From Planctomycetota bacterium (GTDB lineage Bacteria; Planctomycetota; UBA1135; UBA2386), in assembly GCA_019636245.1 (NCBI GenBank), contig JAHBXX010000007.1, forward strand, positions 12,796 to 76,795: a stretch of 64,000 nucleotides of DNA, in the 5' to 3' direction. This document shows positions 1 through 8,480 of the stretch, piece after piece (position 1 is the stretch's first letter; every line of letters starts with the position of its first letter). The notes beneath the pieces are model-generated. The model searched no databases. It worked only from the letters and a program-made list of their open reading frames with translations, and had not been told where the DNA came from. The translations under genes were made by a program, and so were the position numbers.

Positions 1-382
1 GGAACAGGCCGGTGAGCCAGTAGCGTTCGGCGTACTCCGGGCGGGAGAAGAACCAGGCCAGCAACGGTGCCAGGGCGCAGAGCAGGCCGCTGATCACGAG
101 GCTGCGCAGCACGCGCACGGTGAACACCGTGTCCAGGTAGCGCCGTTCGGCGCCGCGCGACGACGAGATCGTCGACTGCTCGCCCATGAACATCGTCAAC
201 GACTCGACGACGCCGATGCCGGTCAGCACGATCAGGAACAGGCTGACGTCCTCCTTGGCGATCGTGTGGGCGATCACGATCGGCGCGACCAGCGCGACGA
301 TGCGCTGGCCGCCGACGCCGAGGAACTGCCACCAGAGTCCGTGCAGCGTCTTCCGGCGCAGGTCGAGTGGCGGCGCGCTCAT
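1..382 (-). CDS. Wzx/MATE-like polysaccharide flippase, N-terminal fragment; the gene continues beyond the left edge
   Basis: Not in the ORF track because there is no stop inside the window. Hand translation of the minus strand from the ATG at 382-380 gives MSAPPLDLRRKTLHGLWWQFLGVGGQRIVALVAPIVIAHTIAKEDVSLFLIVLTGIGVVESLTMFMGEQ... This shows consecutive hydrophobic helices with near-uniform G/C third positions. The start overlaps the stop of the upstream asnB-like gene as ATGA (379-382). The family call is by resemblance to Wzx N-termini only. Confidence 0.5.
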   Translation of the reverse strand, partial: MSAPPLDLRRKTLHGLWWQFLGVGGQRIVALVAPIVIAHTIAKEDVSLFLIVLTGIGVVESLTMFMGEQSTISSSRGAERRYLDTVFTVRVLRSLVISGLLCALAPLLAWFFSRPEYAERYWLTGLF

Positions 383-2259
383 GGCCGCGCGCCGGCGGCG
401 GCGGCGGCGCCGCTGCGGCAGAACACGCGGTGCCAGGCGTCGACCACCAGCAGCGAGTGCAGCGTGAGGGCGTTGTCGCGGGCCGCCTCGGGCGTGGCGA
501 GCAGCGACTGCAGCCACGGTCGCGGCAGCGCGCCGGCGGCGAACGTGCCGGCGCCCAGCAGGCGCTCGCGCATCGCCGGCAGCTGGTCGGGACCGAGCCA
601 GGCGGCGACGGAGTTCGGGAAGCCCAGCTTGCGCCGCCCGGCGACCTCGGCTGGCAGGTAGCGCGCGGCGAGCCGGCGCAGCATGCGCTTGTTCTCGTGC
701 GCGCCGCCGTACTTGTGGCGGCCGTGCACGGCGAGGGCGAACTCGGCGACCCGGTGGTCGAGGAACGGCACGCGGCCCTCGATCGACGCGCCCATGGTCG
801 TGCGGTCGAGCAGGCTCAGCAGCTGGTGCGGCAGGTAGGTCGTCGCATCGACGCACAGCTGCTGGTTGCGCGGGTCGAGGTGCGCGCCGTCGACGAAGGC
901 CTGGGCGACCTCCTCGAGGTGGTCGCGCCGCACCAGCGGCTGCAGGGCCGCGCGGTCCGCCGGCCGCAGGTGCGTCATCGCCAGGGCGTGCCAGGGCAGG
1001 CGGGTGTGGCCGAAGGCGCGCAGCGCCTGCCGCACGGCGGGCGGATGCCGGTTGCCCGCCAGCCGGCCGCCGAGGCGGTCGCCGAACGCCAGGTAGAGCA
1101 GCCGGCAGGCCTGCTGGCGCGCCGACAGGCGGTAGTGCCCGTAGCCGGCGAACAGCTCGTCGGCGCCGCTGCCGGCCAGCAGCACCTTGACGTGCGCCGC
1201 CGCGGCACGGGCGACCAGCAGGGCGGGATAGAACGCCGGGTCGGCCACCGGTTCGTCGTTGAAGAACGTGGTCTCGTCGAGGTCGGCGAGGAAGTCGCCG
1301 GCCGGCGCCGACAGTTCCATCTGCTCGATGCCCAACTGGCGCGCGGTGCGCCGCGCGCAGGCCAGTTCGCCGGGATCGGTGTCCGGGAAGGCGATCGTGT
1401 AGGCGCGGACCCGGGCGTCGCCCTGGTGCGCGTAGTGGGCGATCAGGCCGGAGTCGAGGCCGCCCGACAGGCTGATGCCGATCGGCACGTCGGCCATCAG
1501 CTGCAGCCGCGTCGCGTCGGCCAGCAGCGCGTCCAGTTCGTCGAGCGCCTCGCCGTCGCGCGGCGGCCGCCGGTCGGCCAGCCGCCACCAGCGCTCGCGC
1601 TGCGGCGGCGCGCCGTCGCGCAGCAGCAGCCGTTCGCCGGGCAGCAGCTTCTCGACGCCGCGGCACAGCGTCGCCCGGCCCGGCACGTAGAACAGCTCCA
1701 GGAACGGCACCAGCTGCGCTTCGTCGACCGCCGGCGGCACCAGACCGCTCGCGAACAGCGCCTTGAGCTCGCTGCCGAACACGACCGCCCGCGGCGTCGC
1801 CGCCACGTACAGCGGCTTGATCCCGAGGCGGTCGCGGTAGAGCCGGCAGCTCTGGTCGCGGCGATCGAGCACGCAGATCGCGAACATGCCGTTGCAGAGG
1901 TCGACGAAGCCCGGTCCGTAGCGCTCGTAGAGGTGCGGCAGCACGGCGGCGTCGGAGCCGGTCGCGACCTCGACGCCGTGTTCGCGCCGCAGGCGCTGGC
2001 GCAGCTCGAGGTGGTTGTAGACCTCGCCGTTGAGGAACACCTGGATCGAGCCGTCGGCGTTCTGCACCGGCTGGTCGCCGGTCACCAGGTCGACGATCGC
2101 GAGCCGGCGGAAGCCGACGGCGGCGAACGGCTCCACCAGCACGCTCTGCGCGTCGGGCCCACGATGGGCGATCGACGCCGCCATCGCCGCGGCGCGCGCG
2201 GCAAGGTCCTCGGGCGAAGCGAAGGGTACGAGGGGGAAGATCCCGGCGAAGCCGCACAT
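379..2259 (-). CDS. asnB: Asparagine synthase (glutamine-hydrolysing) family amidotransferase, 626 aa
   Basis: Lies inside ORF 379..2637(-). The internal Met gives N-terminus MCGFAGIF (Ntn-amidotransferase Cys2). Also has an SLSGGLDS PP-loop, the LLAGSGADELFAGY motif and a full-length AsnB layout. The 126 codons upstream in the ORF are Arg/Pro-rich junk. Confidence 0.9.
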   Translation of the reverse strand: MCGFAGIFPLVPFASPEDLAARAAAMAASIAHRGPDAQSVLVEPFAAVGFRRLAIVDLVTGDQPVQNADGSIQVFLNGEVYNHLELRQRLRREHGVEVATGSDAAVLPHLYERYGPGFVDLCNGMFAICVLDRRDQSCRLYRDRLGIKPLYVAATPRAVVFGSELKALFASGLVPPAVDEAQLVPFLELFYVPGRATLCRGVEKLLPGERLLLRDGAPPQRERWWRLADRRPPRDGEALDELDALLADATRLQLMADVPIGISLSGGLDSGLIAHYAHQGDARVRAYTIAFPDTDPGELACARRTARQLGIEQMELSAPAGDFLADLDETTFFNDEPVADPAFYPALLVARAAAAHVKVLLAGSGADELFAGYGHYRLSARQQACRLLYLAFGDRLGGRLAGNRHPPAVRQALRAFGHTRLPWHALAMTHLRPADRAALQPLVRRDHLEEVAQAFVDGAHLDPRNQQLCVDATTYLPHQLLSLLDRTTMGASIEGRVPFLDHRVAEFALAVHGRHKYGGAHENKRMLRRLAARYLPAEVAGRRKLGFPNSVAAWLGPDQLPAMRERLLGAGTFAAGALPRPWLQSLLATPEAARDNALTLHSLLVVDAWHRVFCRSGAAAAAGARP

Positions 2260-2273
2260 GGGGCGCCGCGATC

Positions 2274-3224
2274 CTATCGGCCGTCGTCGGCGGAAGCTGC
2301 ACCCTGCAGCGAAGTCGCCAGCGCGTCGACGCTGGCGTCGGCGGGCAGCCAGACGATCTCCGGCAGCCGCCGGAACCACGTGGTCTGGCGGCGGATCAGC
2401 TGGTGCGTGTTGCGCCGGATCCGGTTGCGCAGCTCGGCGAGGTCCTTGAACCGTCCGCGCAGGAACAGCCGGCATTCGGCGTAGCCGATCGCCGCGCCGC
2501 TGGTGGGCGAGAAGCCGCCGGAACGCTCGATCGCCTCGGTCTCCGCCAGCAGGCCGCTCGCGAGCATCGCCTCGACGCGCCGGCGCACGCGCTCGTGCAG
2601 GTCGTCCCGTTCGCGTCGGACCGCCACGATGCGGCATGGGCGTTGCCAGCCGGCGCGGGCGAAGTGTTGCTGCTGCTCGCTGATGGTCCGGCCGGTGAGC
2701 TGCAGCACTTCGAGGGCGCGCACGAGGCGCCGCTGGTCGCGGCGGTCGATGCGGGCGGCGGCGGCCGGATCACGCTGCTGCAGTTCCGCGTAGAGCGAGC
2801 CCGGGGCGGCTGCCTCCCGCGCCGCCAGCGCCGCCCGCACCTCCGGATCGGCGGCGGGGCCGGCCATCAGGCCCTTGAAGAACGCCATCAGGTAGAGCGG
2901 CGTGCCGCCGACGAACAGCGGCGAGCGGCCGCGCTGGCGGATGTCGTCGAGCGCCGCGGCCGCGGCCGCGCACCAGCGGGCGGTGTCGAAGGTCTCGTGC
3001 GGCTCCACGACGTCGATCAGGTGGTGGCGCACGCGGACGCGTTCGGCCGCCGACGGCTTCGCGGTGCCGATGTCCATGCGGCGATAGACCGCCATCGAGT
3101 CCATCGACACGATCTCCAGCCCGAGGCGCTCGGCGAGCGCCACGGCGAGGGCCGTCTTGCCGGCGGCGGTGGGGCCGGTGACGACCCAGAGCGGCGGGTC
3201 GGACGCGGGGGCGGGATCGGGCAC
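2274..3224 (-). CDS. miaA: tRNA dimethylallyltransferase
   Basis: ORF 2274..3224(-), 316 aa. P-loop GPTAAGKT, plus MDIGTAKP, HHLIDV and GGTPLY motifs typical of MiaA. GTG start. Confidence 0.9.
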   Translation of the reverse strand: MPDPAPASDPPLWVVTGPTAAGKTALAVALAERLGLEIVSMDSMAVYRRMDIGTAKPSAAERVRVRHHLIDVVEPHETFDTARWCAAAAAALDDIRQRGRSPLFVGGTPLYLMAFFKGLMAGPAADPEVRAALAAREAAAPGSLYAELQQRDPAAAARIDRRDQRRLVRALEVLQLTGRTISEQQQHFARAGWQRPCRIVAVRRERDDLHERVRRRVEAMLASGLLAETEAIERSGGFSPTSGAAIGYAECRLFLRGRFKDLAELRNRIRRNTHQLIRRQTTWFRRLPEIVWLPADASVDALATSLQGAASADDGR

Positions 3225-3297
3225 GGTGGGCGGAAGAAGTTAGCGCGCGGCCCTTTGCACGTCGCTGGCCGAGCCCTTACCTTCCGCCGCCCGCCGC

Positions 3298-4065
3298 ATG
3301 CTCGCGCTCATCTCCGACATCCACAGCAACGTCGAGGCGCTGACCGCCTGCCTGCAGGAGATCGACCGACTCGGCTGCCAGCGCATCGTCTGCCTGGGCG
3401 ACGTGATCGGCTACGGTCCGGAGCCGCGTGAGACCCTGCGCACGGTGATGGCCCGGGCCGAGTTCTCGCTGCTCGGCAACCACGAGCACGGCGCCATGTT
3501 CTACGCCTCGGACTTCAATCCGCGCGCCCGCGCCGCGATCGACTGGACCCGGGACCAGCTGAGCCGCCGCGACCAGCCCCGCGAGGAGAACATGAAGTTC
3601 TGGAACTACCTCGACCGCATGCCGAAGGAGCATCGCGAGGGGCGCATGCTGTTCGTGCACGGCTCGCCGCGCGATCCGGTGCGCGAGTACCTGGTGCCGC
3701 GCGACGCGACCGACGTGGCGAAGATGGGCGAGTGCTTCGCGCTGATGGGCGACGCCAACCTCTGCTTCGTCGGCCACAGCCACGTGCCGGGCGTCTATCG
3801 GCGCAGCGGCGGCTTCCTGCTGCCCGCCGACATCGGCATGGAGTGGAAGGTCGACGGCCAGGCGATGGTCAACATCGGTTCGGTCGGCCAGCCGCGCGAC
3901 GGCGATCCGCGCCTGTCGTTCGTCACCTACGACGGCACCGACGGCACCGACGGCGTCGTGCGCTTCCACCGGCTCGCCTACGACGTCGAGGCGACGATGG
4001 CGAAGATCCGCGCCATCCCCGAGCTGCCCGACTACCTCGCCGACCGCCTGGCGCAGGGCCGCTGA
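3298..4065 (+). CDS. Calcineurin-like metallophosphoesterase (YfcE/ApaH-like)
   Basis: ORF 3298..4065(+), 255 aa. Ordered motifs are DIHSN, GDVIGYG, GNHE, VHGSP and GHSH. Confidence 0.8.
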   Translation: MLALISDIHSNVEALTACLQEIDRLGCQRIVCLGDVIGYGPEPRETLRTVMARAEFSLLGNHEHGAMFYASDFNPRARAAIDWTRDQLSRRDQPREENMKFWNYLDRMPKEHREGRMLFVHGSPRDPVREYLVPRDATDVAKMGECFALMGDANLCFVGHSHVPGVYRRSGGFLLPADIGMEWKVDGQAMVNIGSVGQPRDGDPRLSFVTYDGTDGTDGVVRFHRLAYDVEATMAKIRAIPELPDYLADRLAQGR

Positions 4066-4121
4066 ACCCGCGCGTCGGCCGACCACGCGTCGGCTCGCCG
4101 CGGCGCCGCCAACGAACCAAG

Positions 4122-5798
4122 ATGCCGAAGCTGCTGCTGTTCCTGTTCCTGCTCGCCACCGCCGGGCTCGGCCGCGCCCAGGGCGGGCCGGCCGAAGTCG
4201 CCTTCACGCGCGAGTTCGGGGTGGCCGGCTCGCCGGGGAGTTTCCGCGCCCGCTTCGCCACGCAGGGCGCCGGCCTCGTCTGGCTGCAGACGATGGACCA
4301 CTTCGTGTCGCTGCAGGCGGCGCGCCAGCCGACCCATCAGCCGGGCGATTACCTGCTGCTGGCCAGCAACGGCGGCGACCACGCGCTGCGGTTGTTCGCC
4401 GCGCCGTCGGCGGCGTTGCCGATCGACCCGGCGACGGCGCCGTGGGCGGCCGAGCCGCTCGCCGACGGCGTCGCGTTCACGCTCGATTCGACGACCGGGC
4501 TCGTGCTGACGAAGGTGCTGCGCCACGATCCGCGCGGGCGCGGCTTCACGCTCGAGATCGCGCTGCGCAACGTCGCCGCGACGGCGACCGGCAACCTCGA
4601 ACTGCAGCTGTCGGGTCCGGCGCTGGTGAGCCCGGCCGAGTCGTCGCTGTTCGGCACGCTGGCGGTGTCGATCGCCGCCGCGATCGACGGCACCGTCGCG
4701 ACCGTGCCGCCCGCCCCCGGCAAGGTGCAGCCGCTGGAGCTCGACCCGCGGGGGCTGGCGTTCGCCGGCAGCACGAACCGCTTCTTCGGCGCCTTCCTGT
4801 GGCCGCACGACGAGACGGCGCGCACCGCCCTGCAGCGCTTCGACGTCGACACGGTGCCCTTCCAGGACGACGCGTCGCTCGCGGTCAAGGCGTTCAGTTC
4901 GACGCGGGTGCGCTATGGCCTGCAGCTGGCGATCCCGCCGGTCGGCGGCGAAACCCGCATCGCCTACGGCCTCTACCTGGGGCCGAAGTCCTACCGCGTG
5001 TTCGGCACGCTGCCGCAGCCCGATCGCTTCGCGCCGATCCTCGACGTCGACCTCAATCCGCCCTGCTGCGGCGGCATCACCGTGCCCGGCGGCCGGCCGA
5101 TGGCGAAGGTGCTGCTGTGGCTGCTCGGCTGGTTCCACGACCTGATCGGCAACTGGGGCGCGGCGATCATCATGCTGACCGTGCTGGTGCGCGGGTCGCT
5201 GGCGCCGCTGAACTTCCACATGCAGAAGTCGATGCGGGCCTACGCCGGCAAGATGGCGGTGCTGAAGCCCAAGCTCGACGCGCTGAAGCAGAAGTACGGC
5301 GACGACCAGAAGGCCTACCAGCAGGCGATGGTCGCCTTCCAGCGCGAGCACAAGATGCTGCCGCCGCTCGGCGGCTGCCTGCCGATCTTCCTGACCATGC
5401 CGATCTACATCGGCCTGTTCACCGCGCTGCGCACCGCCTACGACCTGCGGCATCAGCCGTTCGTGTCGTGGATCGACGACCTCAGTCGCGCCGACGCCCT
5501 GTTCCAGCTCGGCTTCTGGCCGCACGACTTCAACCTGCTGCCGCTGTGCTGGATCGGGTTGTTCGTCTGGATGTCGCTGCGGCAGCCGCTGCCGACCGAC
5601 CCGCAGCAGCGGCAGATGCAGGCGATGATGCGCTACATGCCGATCCTGTTCGGCGTGATGCTCTACGGCTACGCCTCGGCGCTGATGCTCTACATGGTGA
5701 CGTCGATGGTCTGGTCGCTCGTCGAGAGCACGATCGTGAAGCGCATCCTGGGGCCGATGGACCCCAATGTCGCGGCGATGGCACCGACGCCGATGTGA
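4122..5798 (+). CDS. yidC: Membrane protein insertase YidC, 558 aa
   Basis: Internal ATG of ORF 3732..5798(+) at codon 131 gives the signal-anchor MPKLLLFLFLLATAGLG. Has a large periplasmic domain followed by the conserved C-terminal core GNWGAAIIMLTVLVR...MQKSMRAY...KLDALKQKYGDD...GGCLPIFLTMPIYIGLF. Confidence 0.9.
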   Translation: MPKLLLFLFLLATAGLGRAQGGPAEVAFTREFGVAGSPGSFRARFATQGAGLVWLQTMDHFVSLQAARQPTHQPGDYLLLASNGGDHALRLFAAPSAALPIDPATAPWAAEPLADGVAFTLDSTTGLVLTKVLRHDPRGRGFTLEIALRNVAATATGNLELQLSGPALVSPAESSLFGTLAVSIAAAIDGTVATVPPAPGKVQPLELDPRGLAFAGSTNRFFGAFLWPHDETARTALQRFDVDTVPFQDDASLAVKAFSSTRVRYGLQLAIPPVGGETRIAYGLYLGPKSYRVFGTLPQPDRFAPILDVDLNPPCCGGITVPGGRPMAKVLLWLLGWFHDLIGNWGAAIIMLTVLVRGSLAPLNFHMQKSMRAYAGKMAVLKPKLDALKQKYGDDQKAYQQAMVAFQREHKMLPPLGGCLPIFLTMPIYIGLFTALRTAYDLRHQPFVSWIDDLSRADALFQLGFWPHDFNLLPLCWIGLFVWMSLRQPLPTDPQQRQMQAMMRYMPILFGVMLYGYASALMLYMVTSMVWSLVESTIVKRILGPMDPNVAAMAPTPM

Positions 5799-5823
5799 CG
5801 TCGCCGACCCTGCGGCGCGGCGT

Positions 5824-6858
5824 TCAGGCCGGCAGCACGAACTCGAGCCGCAGGTCGCCGTTGGCTTCCCGCTGGGCCCAGGCCCGGCCGCCGTGGCCGA
5901 CCACGATCGTCCTGGCCAGGAACGGCCCCAGGCCGAGGCCCGGCGTGCGCAGGGCGCGGTTGGGCTGGAAGGGCGCGAAGGTCTGGCCGGCGTCCAGGGC
6001 CTGCACGGCGGCGCCGCCGACCGTCAGCTGCAGGCGACGGGCCGCCGGCAGCGCAGCGAGTTCGAGATGGCTCCGGGCACCGAGACCGGCGAGGTCGTCG
6101 GCGAACTGCACCAGCGCCGACACGGCCGCCTGCAACTGCTCGGGGTCGCCCGGGACGGCGTGCGGTCCCGGGGCGATGGCGAGCGTGGCGGTGGCGCGGC
6201 CGCCGCGCCTGGCCGCGACGGCGGTGGCGAGCAGCGCAGCGAGGTCGACGGACTCGCGGCGGGCGGGACCGTGGGCCGCCTCGGCGACCAGCCGCAGGCG
6301 GTCGACGGCGGCCCGCACCCGCTGCATGCCTTCCAGCGCGGCCTCCACCTGGTCGCGCGCGGCGGCGTCGCGCGTCGCCTCGAGGGTGGCGCGCAACAGC
6401 TGCAGATGTCCGGCGGCGAACAGCAACGGGTTGTTCGTCTCGTCGGCGACGCCGCGGGCGAGGTCGAGCAGCGCCTCCGGCCGCAGCCGGGGACCGCCAT
6501 GCCGTGCGGCTTCGACGGCCGCGGCCAGGTGCTCGGGCGGGCACGGACGGGCCAGGCACTCGGCGCCGAGCGTTGCGGCGAGGGCCGCGTGCTGGCGTTC
6601 GCCTGCCGCATCCGTCAGCACCACGATACCGACCAGCGGCCAGAGGCCCTGGTGGAACCGCAGCGCGCCGACCTCCTCGGCGGCGTCCGGCCCGAAGGCC
6701 ACGGCGAGCAGTTCGGGCTGGAACGACAGCAGCGGCACGCCGCCCGCGCGCAGGGACGGCCAGTGGCGCACCTCGGGCGGGCTCGGCAAGGCGGCCAGGT
6801 CGGCGAGCAGGCGGTCGTCGATCGGGCCGACGACGGCGATTCGGACGGGCCGGTCCAT
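5824..6858 (-). CDS. Receiver-like domain fused to a histidine-kinase-like (DHp + HATPase_c) domain with degenerate catalytic boxes
   Basis: ORF 5824..6876(-). The ATG at 6858 gives MDRPVRIAVVG. C-terminal G2-box-like GLGLGPFLARTIVVGHGG and overall HK layout. The H-box reads VADETNNPLL (no His where SHELRTPL has it), and the N-box region ALVQFADDL lacks Asn. Confidence 0.6.
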   Translation of the reverse strand: MDRPVRIAVVGPIDDRLLADLAALPSPPEVRHWPSLRAGGVPLLSFQPELLAVAFGPDAAEEVGALRFHQGLWPLVGIVVLTDAAGERQHAALAATLGAECLARPCPPEHLAAAVEAARHGGPRLRPEALLDLARGVADETNNPLLFAAGHLQLLRATLEATRDAAARDQVEAALEGMQRVRAAVDRLRLVAEAAHGPARRESVDLAALLATAVAARRGGRATATLAIAPGPHAVPGDPEQLQAAVSALVQFADDLAGLGARSHLELAALPAARRLQLTVGGAAVQALDAGQTFAPFQPNRALRTPGLGLGPFLARTIVVGHGGRAWAQREANGDLRLEFVLPA

Positions 6859-6991
6859 GGCGCAGCGGCGCGGCACTCCCGAACGGACGCCGCAAGTTCG
6901 TTGGCGACAAGGTATCCCGTCCGCCGTCCGGTGTCACCATAGGCGCTGCGGCTCCAGCCCAGGTGGTCGTTGCGTCGATAGCACGGCCGCC

Positions 6992-7363
6992 ATGGGGGAA
7001 ACGGACGAGCCCGACGCGGCGTGGCCACCGCCGGCCGGGGCGCGGCCACCCTTGCGCGCCGTCGACGGTCCGGTCGGCCCGGCCGAACTGGCGCCGCCGA
7101 CCCGTCTGTGCCGCGAGTTCAAGGGTCTGACGGTCGCCGACCTGTGCATCGCCGAGCGAGCCGAGCAGCTGCCCGGTCGCGTGCGGTCGGCGCTGCGCCA
7201 CATCGAGCGCGGCGACTTCGCCGCCGCCGAGCGGGTGCTGCCCGGCGAGTTCGCCCCCGTCCTGATCGGCCCCGGCCGTCGTCGTCGCGGGCGGCGGCGG
7301 GCGGCGTTCGTGTTCTTGGCCGTGGTCTGCGCCGCCGTGGCGGCGCTCGCGTGCGCGGGGTGA
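6992..7363 (+). CDS. Hypothetical small protein (123 aa) with a C-terminal transmembrane anchor
   Basis: This is the in-frame tail of shadow ORF 4442..7363(+). The ATG at 6992 gives MGETDEPDAAW...RRRRGRRRAAFVFLAVVCAAVAALACAG. G/C third positions are high throughout. It fills the otherwise empty 566-bp gap between the HK-like gene and the GT2 gene. Confidence 0.4.
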   Translation: MGETDEPDAAWPPPAGARPPLRAVDGPVGPAELAPPTRLCREFKGLTVADLCIAERAEQLPGRVRSALRHIERGDFAAAERVLPGEFAPVLIGPGRRRRGRRRAAFVFLAVVCAAVAALACAG

Positions 7364-7442
7364 TGCGACCATCGACACGGGCCCGGGGCGGCGCCGGAAA
7401 GCGTGCGGAGAACGCTCGCGCCGTGGCGGGCTGCCGTTCACG

Positions 7443-8480
7443 ATGGCAGGTCAGTCCGTGAGCGAGCCGGGTGCACAACCGTCGGAACCGCAGCCCGTGG
7501 CGCCGGCCCCGGCAGCCCCCCGGGCGCGCCCGGTCGTCAGCGTCGTCGTGCCGATCTACAACGAGCGCGAGAACGTCGAGGCGCTGCACGAGGCGCTGAG
7601 CTACGCGATGGAGCAGCTGGGCCGACCCTATGAGATCGTGCTCGTCGACGACGGCAGCCGGGACGGCACGCGCGACGTGCTGCGCGCCCTCGCGGCCGCG
7701 GACGCGCACCTGCGCCTGATCCTGTTCCGCCGCAACTACGGCCAGACGGCGGCGATGGCGGCCGGCTTCGCCGCCTGCCGCGGCCGCGTCATCGTGTCGA
7801 TGGACGGCGACCTGCAGAACGACCCGGCCGACATCGGACGGCTGGTGCAGAAGCTCGAACAGGGCTACGACGTCGTCTGCGGCTGGCGGCGGCACCGGCA
7901 GGACCGGGTGGCGACACGCCTGCTGCCGAGCCGCATCGCCAACATCCTGATCGCGCGCGTGACCGGCGCCCGCATCCACGACACCGGCTGCTCGCTGAAG
8001 GCCTACCGTGGCTGGGTGGTGCGCAGCCTCGTGCTCTACTCGGACATGCACCGGTTCCTGGCGGCGCTCGGCGTCGGTCTCGGGGCCCGCATCGCCGAAC
8101 TGCCGGTGCGCCACCACCCGCGGCGCGCGGGCAAGTCCAAGTACGGCCTCGGTCGGGTGTTCCGCGTGCTCGCCGACCTGGTCGGCATCAAGATGCTGAT
8201 CCAGTTCGCGGCCCATCCGATCCGCTGGTTCACGCTGCTGTCGCTGCCGCTCTTCCTGCTGTCGCCGATGATGTTCGTGCTCGGCTTCGTCAAGGCCACG
8301 CGACACCAGGGCTGGGTGTGGTTCGGCGACTACGACATGGCGGCCGTGGCCGCCGGTGCGGTGGCGCTGCTCACCGCGGCGAACGTGTTCCTGCTCGGCT
8401 TCCTCGCCGAACTGCAGGTCAAGGTGTCGAAGTTCTTCCGGCAGCGCATCTCGATCACGGCCCGCGAGGCGTCCCGATGA
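7443..8480 (+). CDS. Family 2 glycosyltransferase, polyprenyl-phosphate sugar synthase type (DPM1/GtrB/ArnC-like), with C-terminal TM helices
   Basis: ORF 7443..8480(+), 345 aa. Intact motifs VVPIYNE, LVDDGSRDGT, NYGQTAA and SMDGDLQNDP (DXD). Two C-terminal hydrophobic helices as in GtrB. Confidence 0.85.
   Translation: MAGQSVSEPGAQPSEPQPVAPAPAAPRARPVVSVVVPIYNERENVEALHEALSYAMEQLGRPYEIVLVDDGSRDGTRDVLRALAAADAHLRLILFRRNYGQTAAMAAGFAACRGRVIVSMDGDLQNDPADIGRLVQKLEQGYDVVCGWRRHRQDRVATRLLPSRIANILIARVTGARIHDTGCSLKAYRGWVVRSLVLYSDMHRFLAALGVGLGARIAELPVRHHPRRAGKSKYGLGRVFRVLADLVGIKMLIQFAAHPIRWFTLLSLPLFLLSPMMFVLGFVKATRHQGWVWFGDYDMAAVAAGAVALLTAANVFLLGFLAELQVKVSKFFRQRISITAREASR

Noticed and set aside
367-2484. 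A 705-aa plus-strand ORF, plus similar long antisense ORFs at 4442-7363 (upstream part), 8330-10621, 11412-15707 (upstream part), 18030-20408, 23046-27443, 23335-26796, 32236-35253, 37237-39681, 41611-44877, 44391-47135 and 59636-61807.
   Set aside because: Each lies opposite to or out of frame with a gene that has clear family motifs. Their products are Arg/Pro/Gly/Ala-rich with no motifs. I treat them all as GC-driven shadow ORFs.
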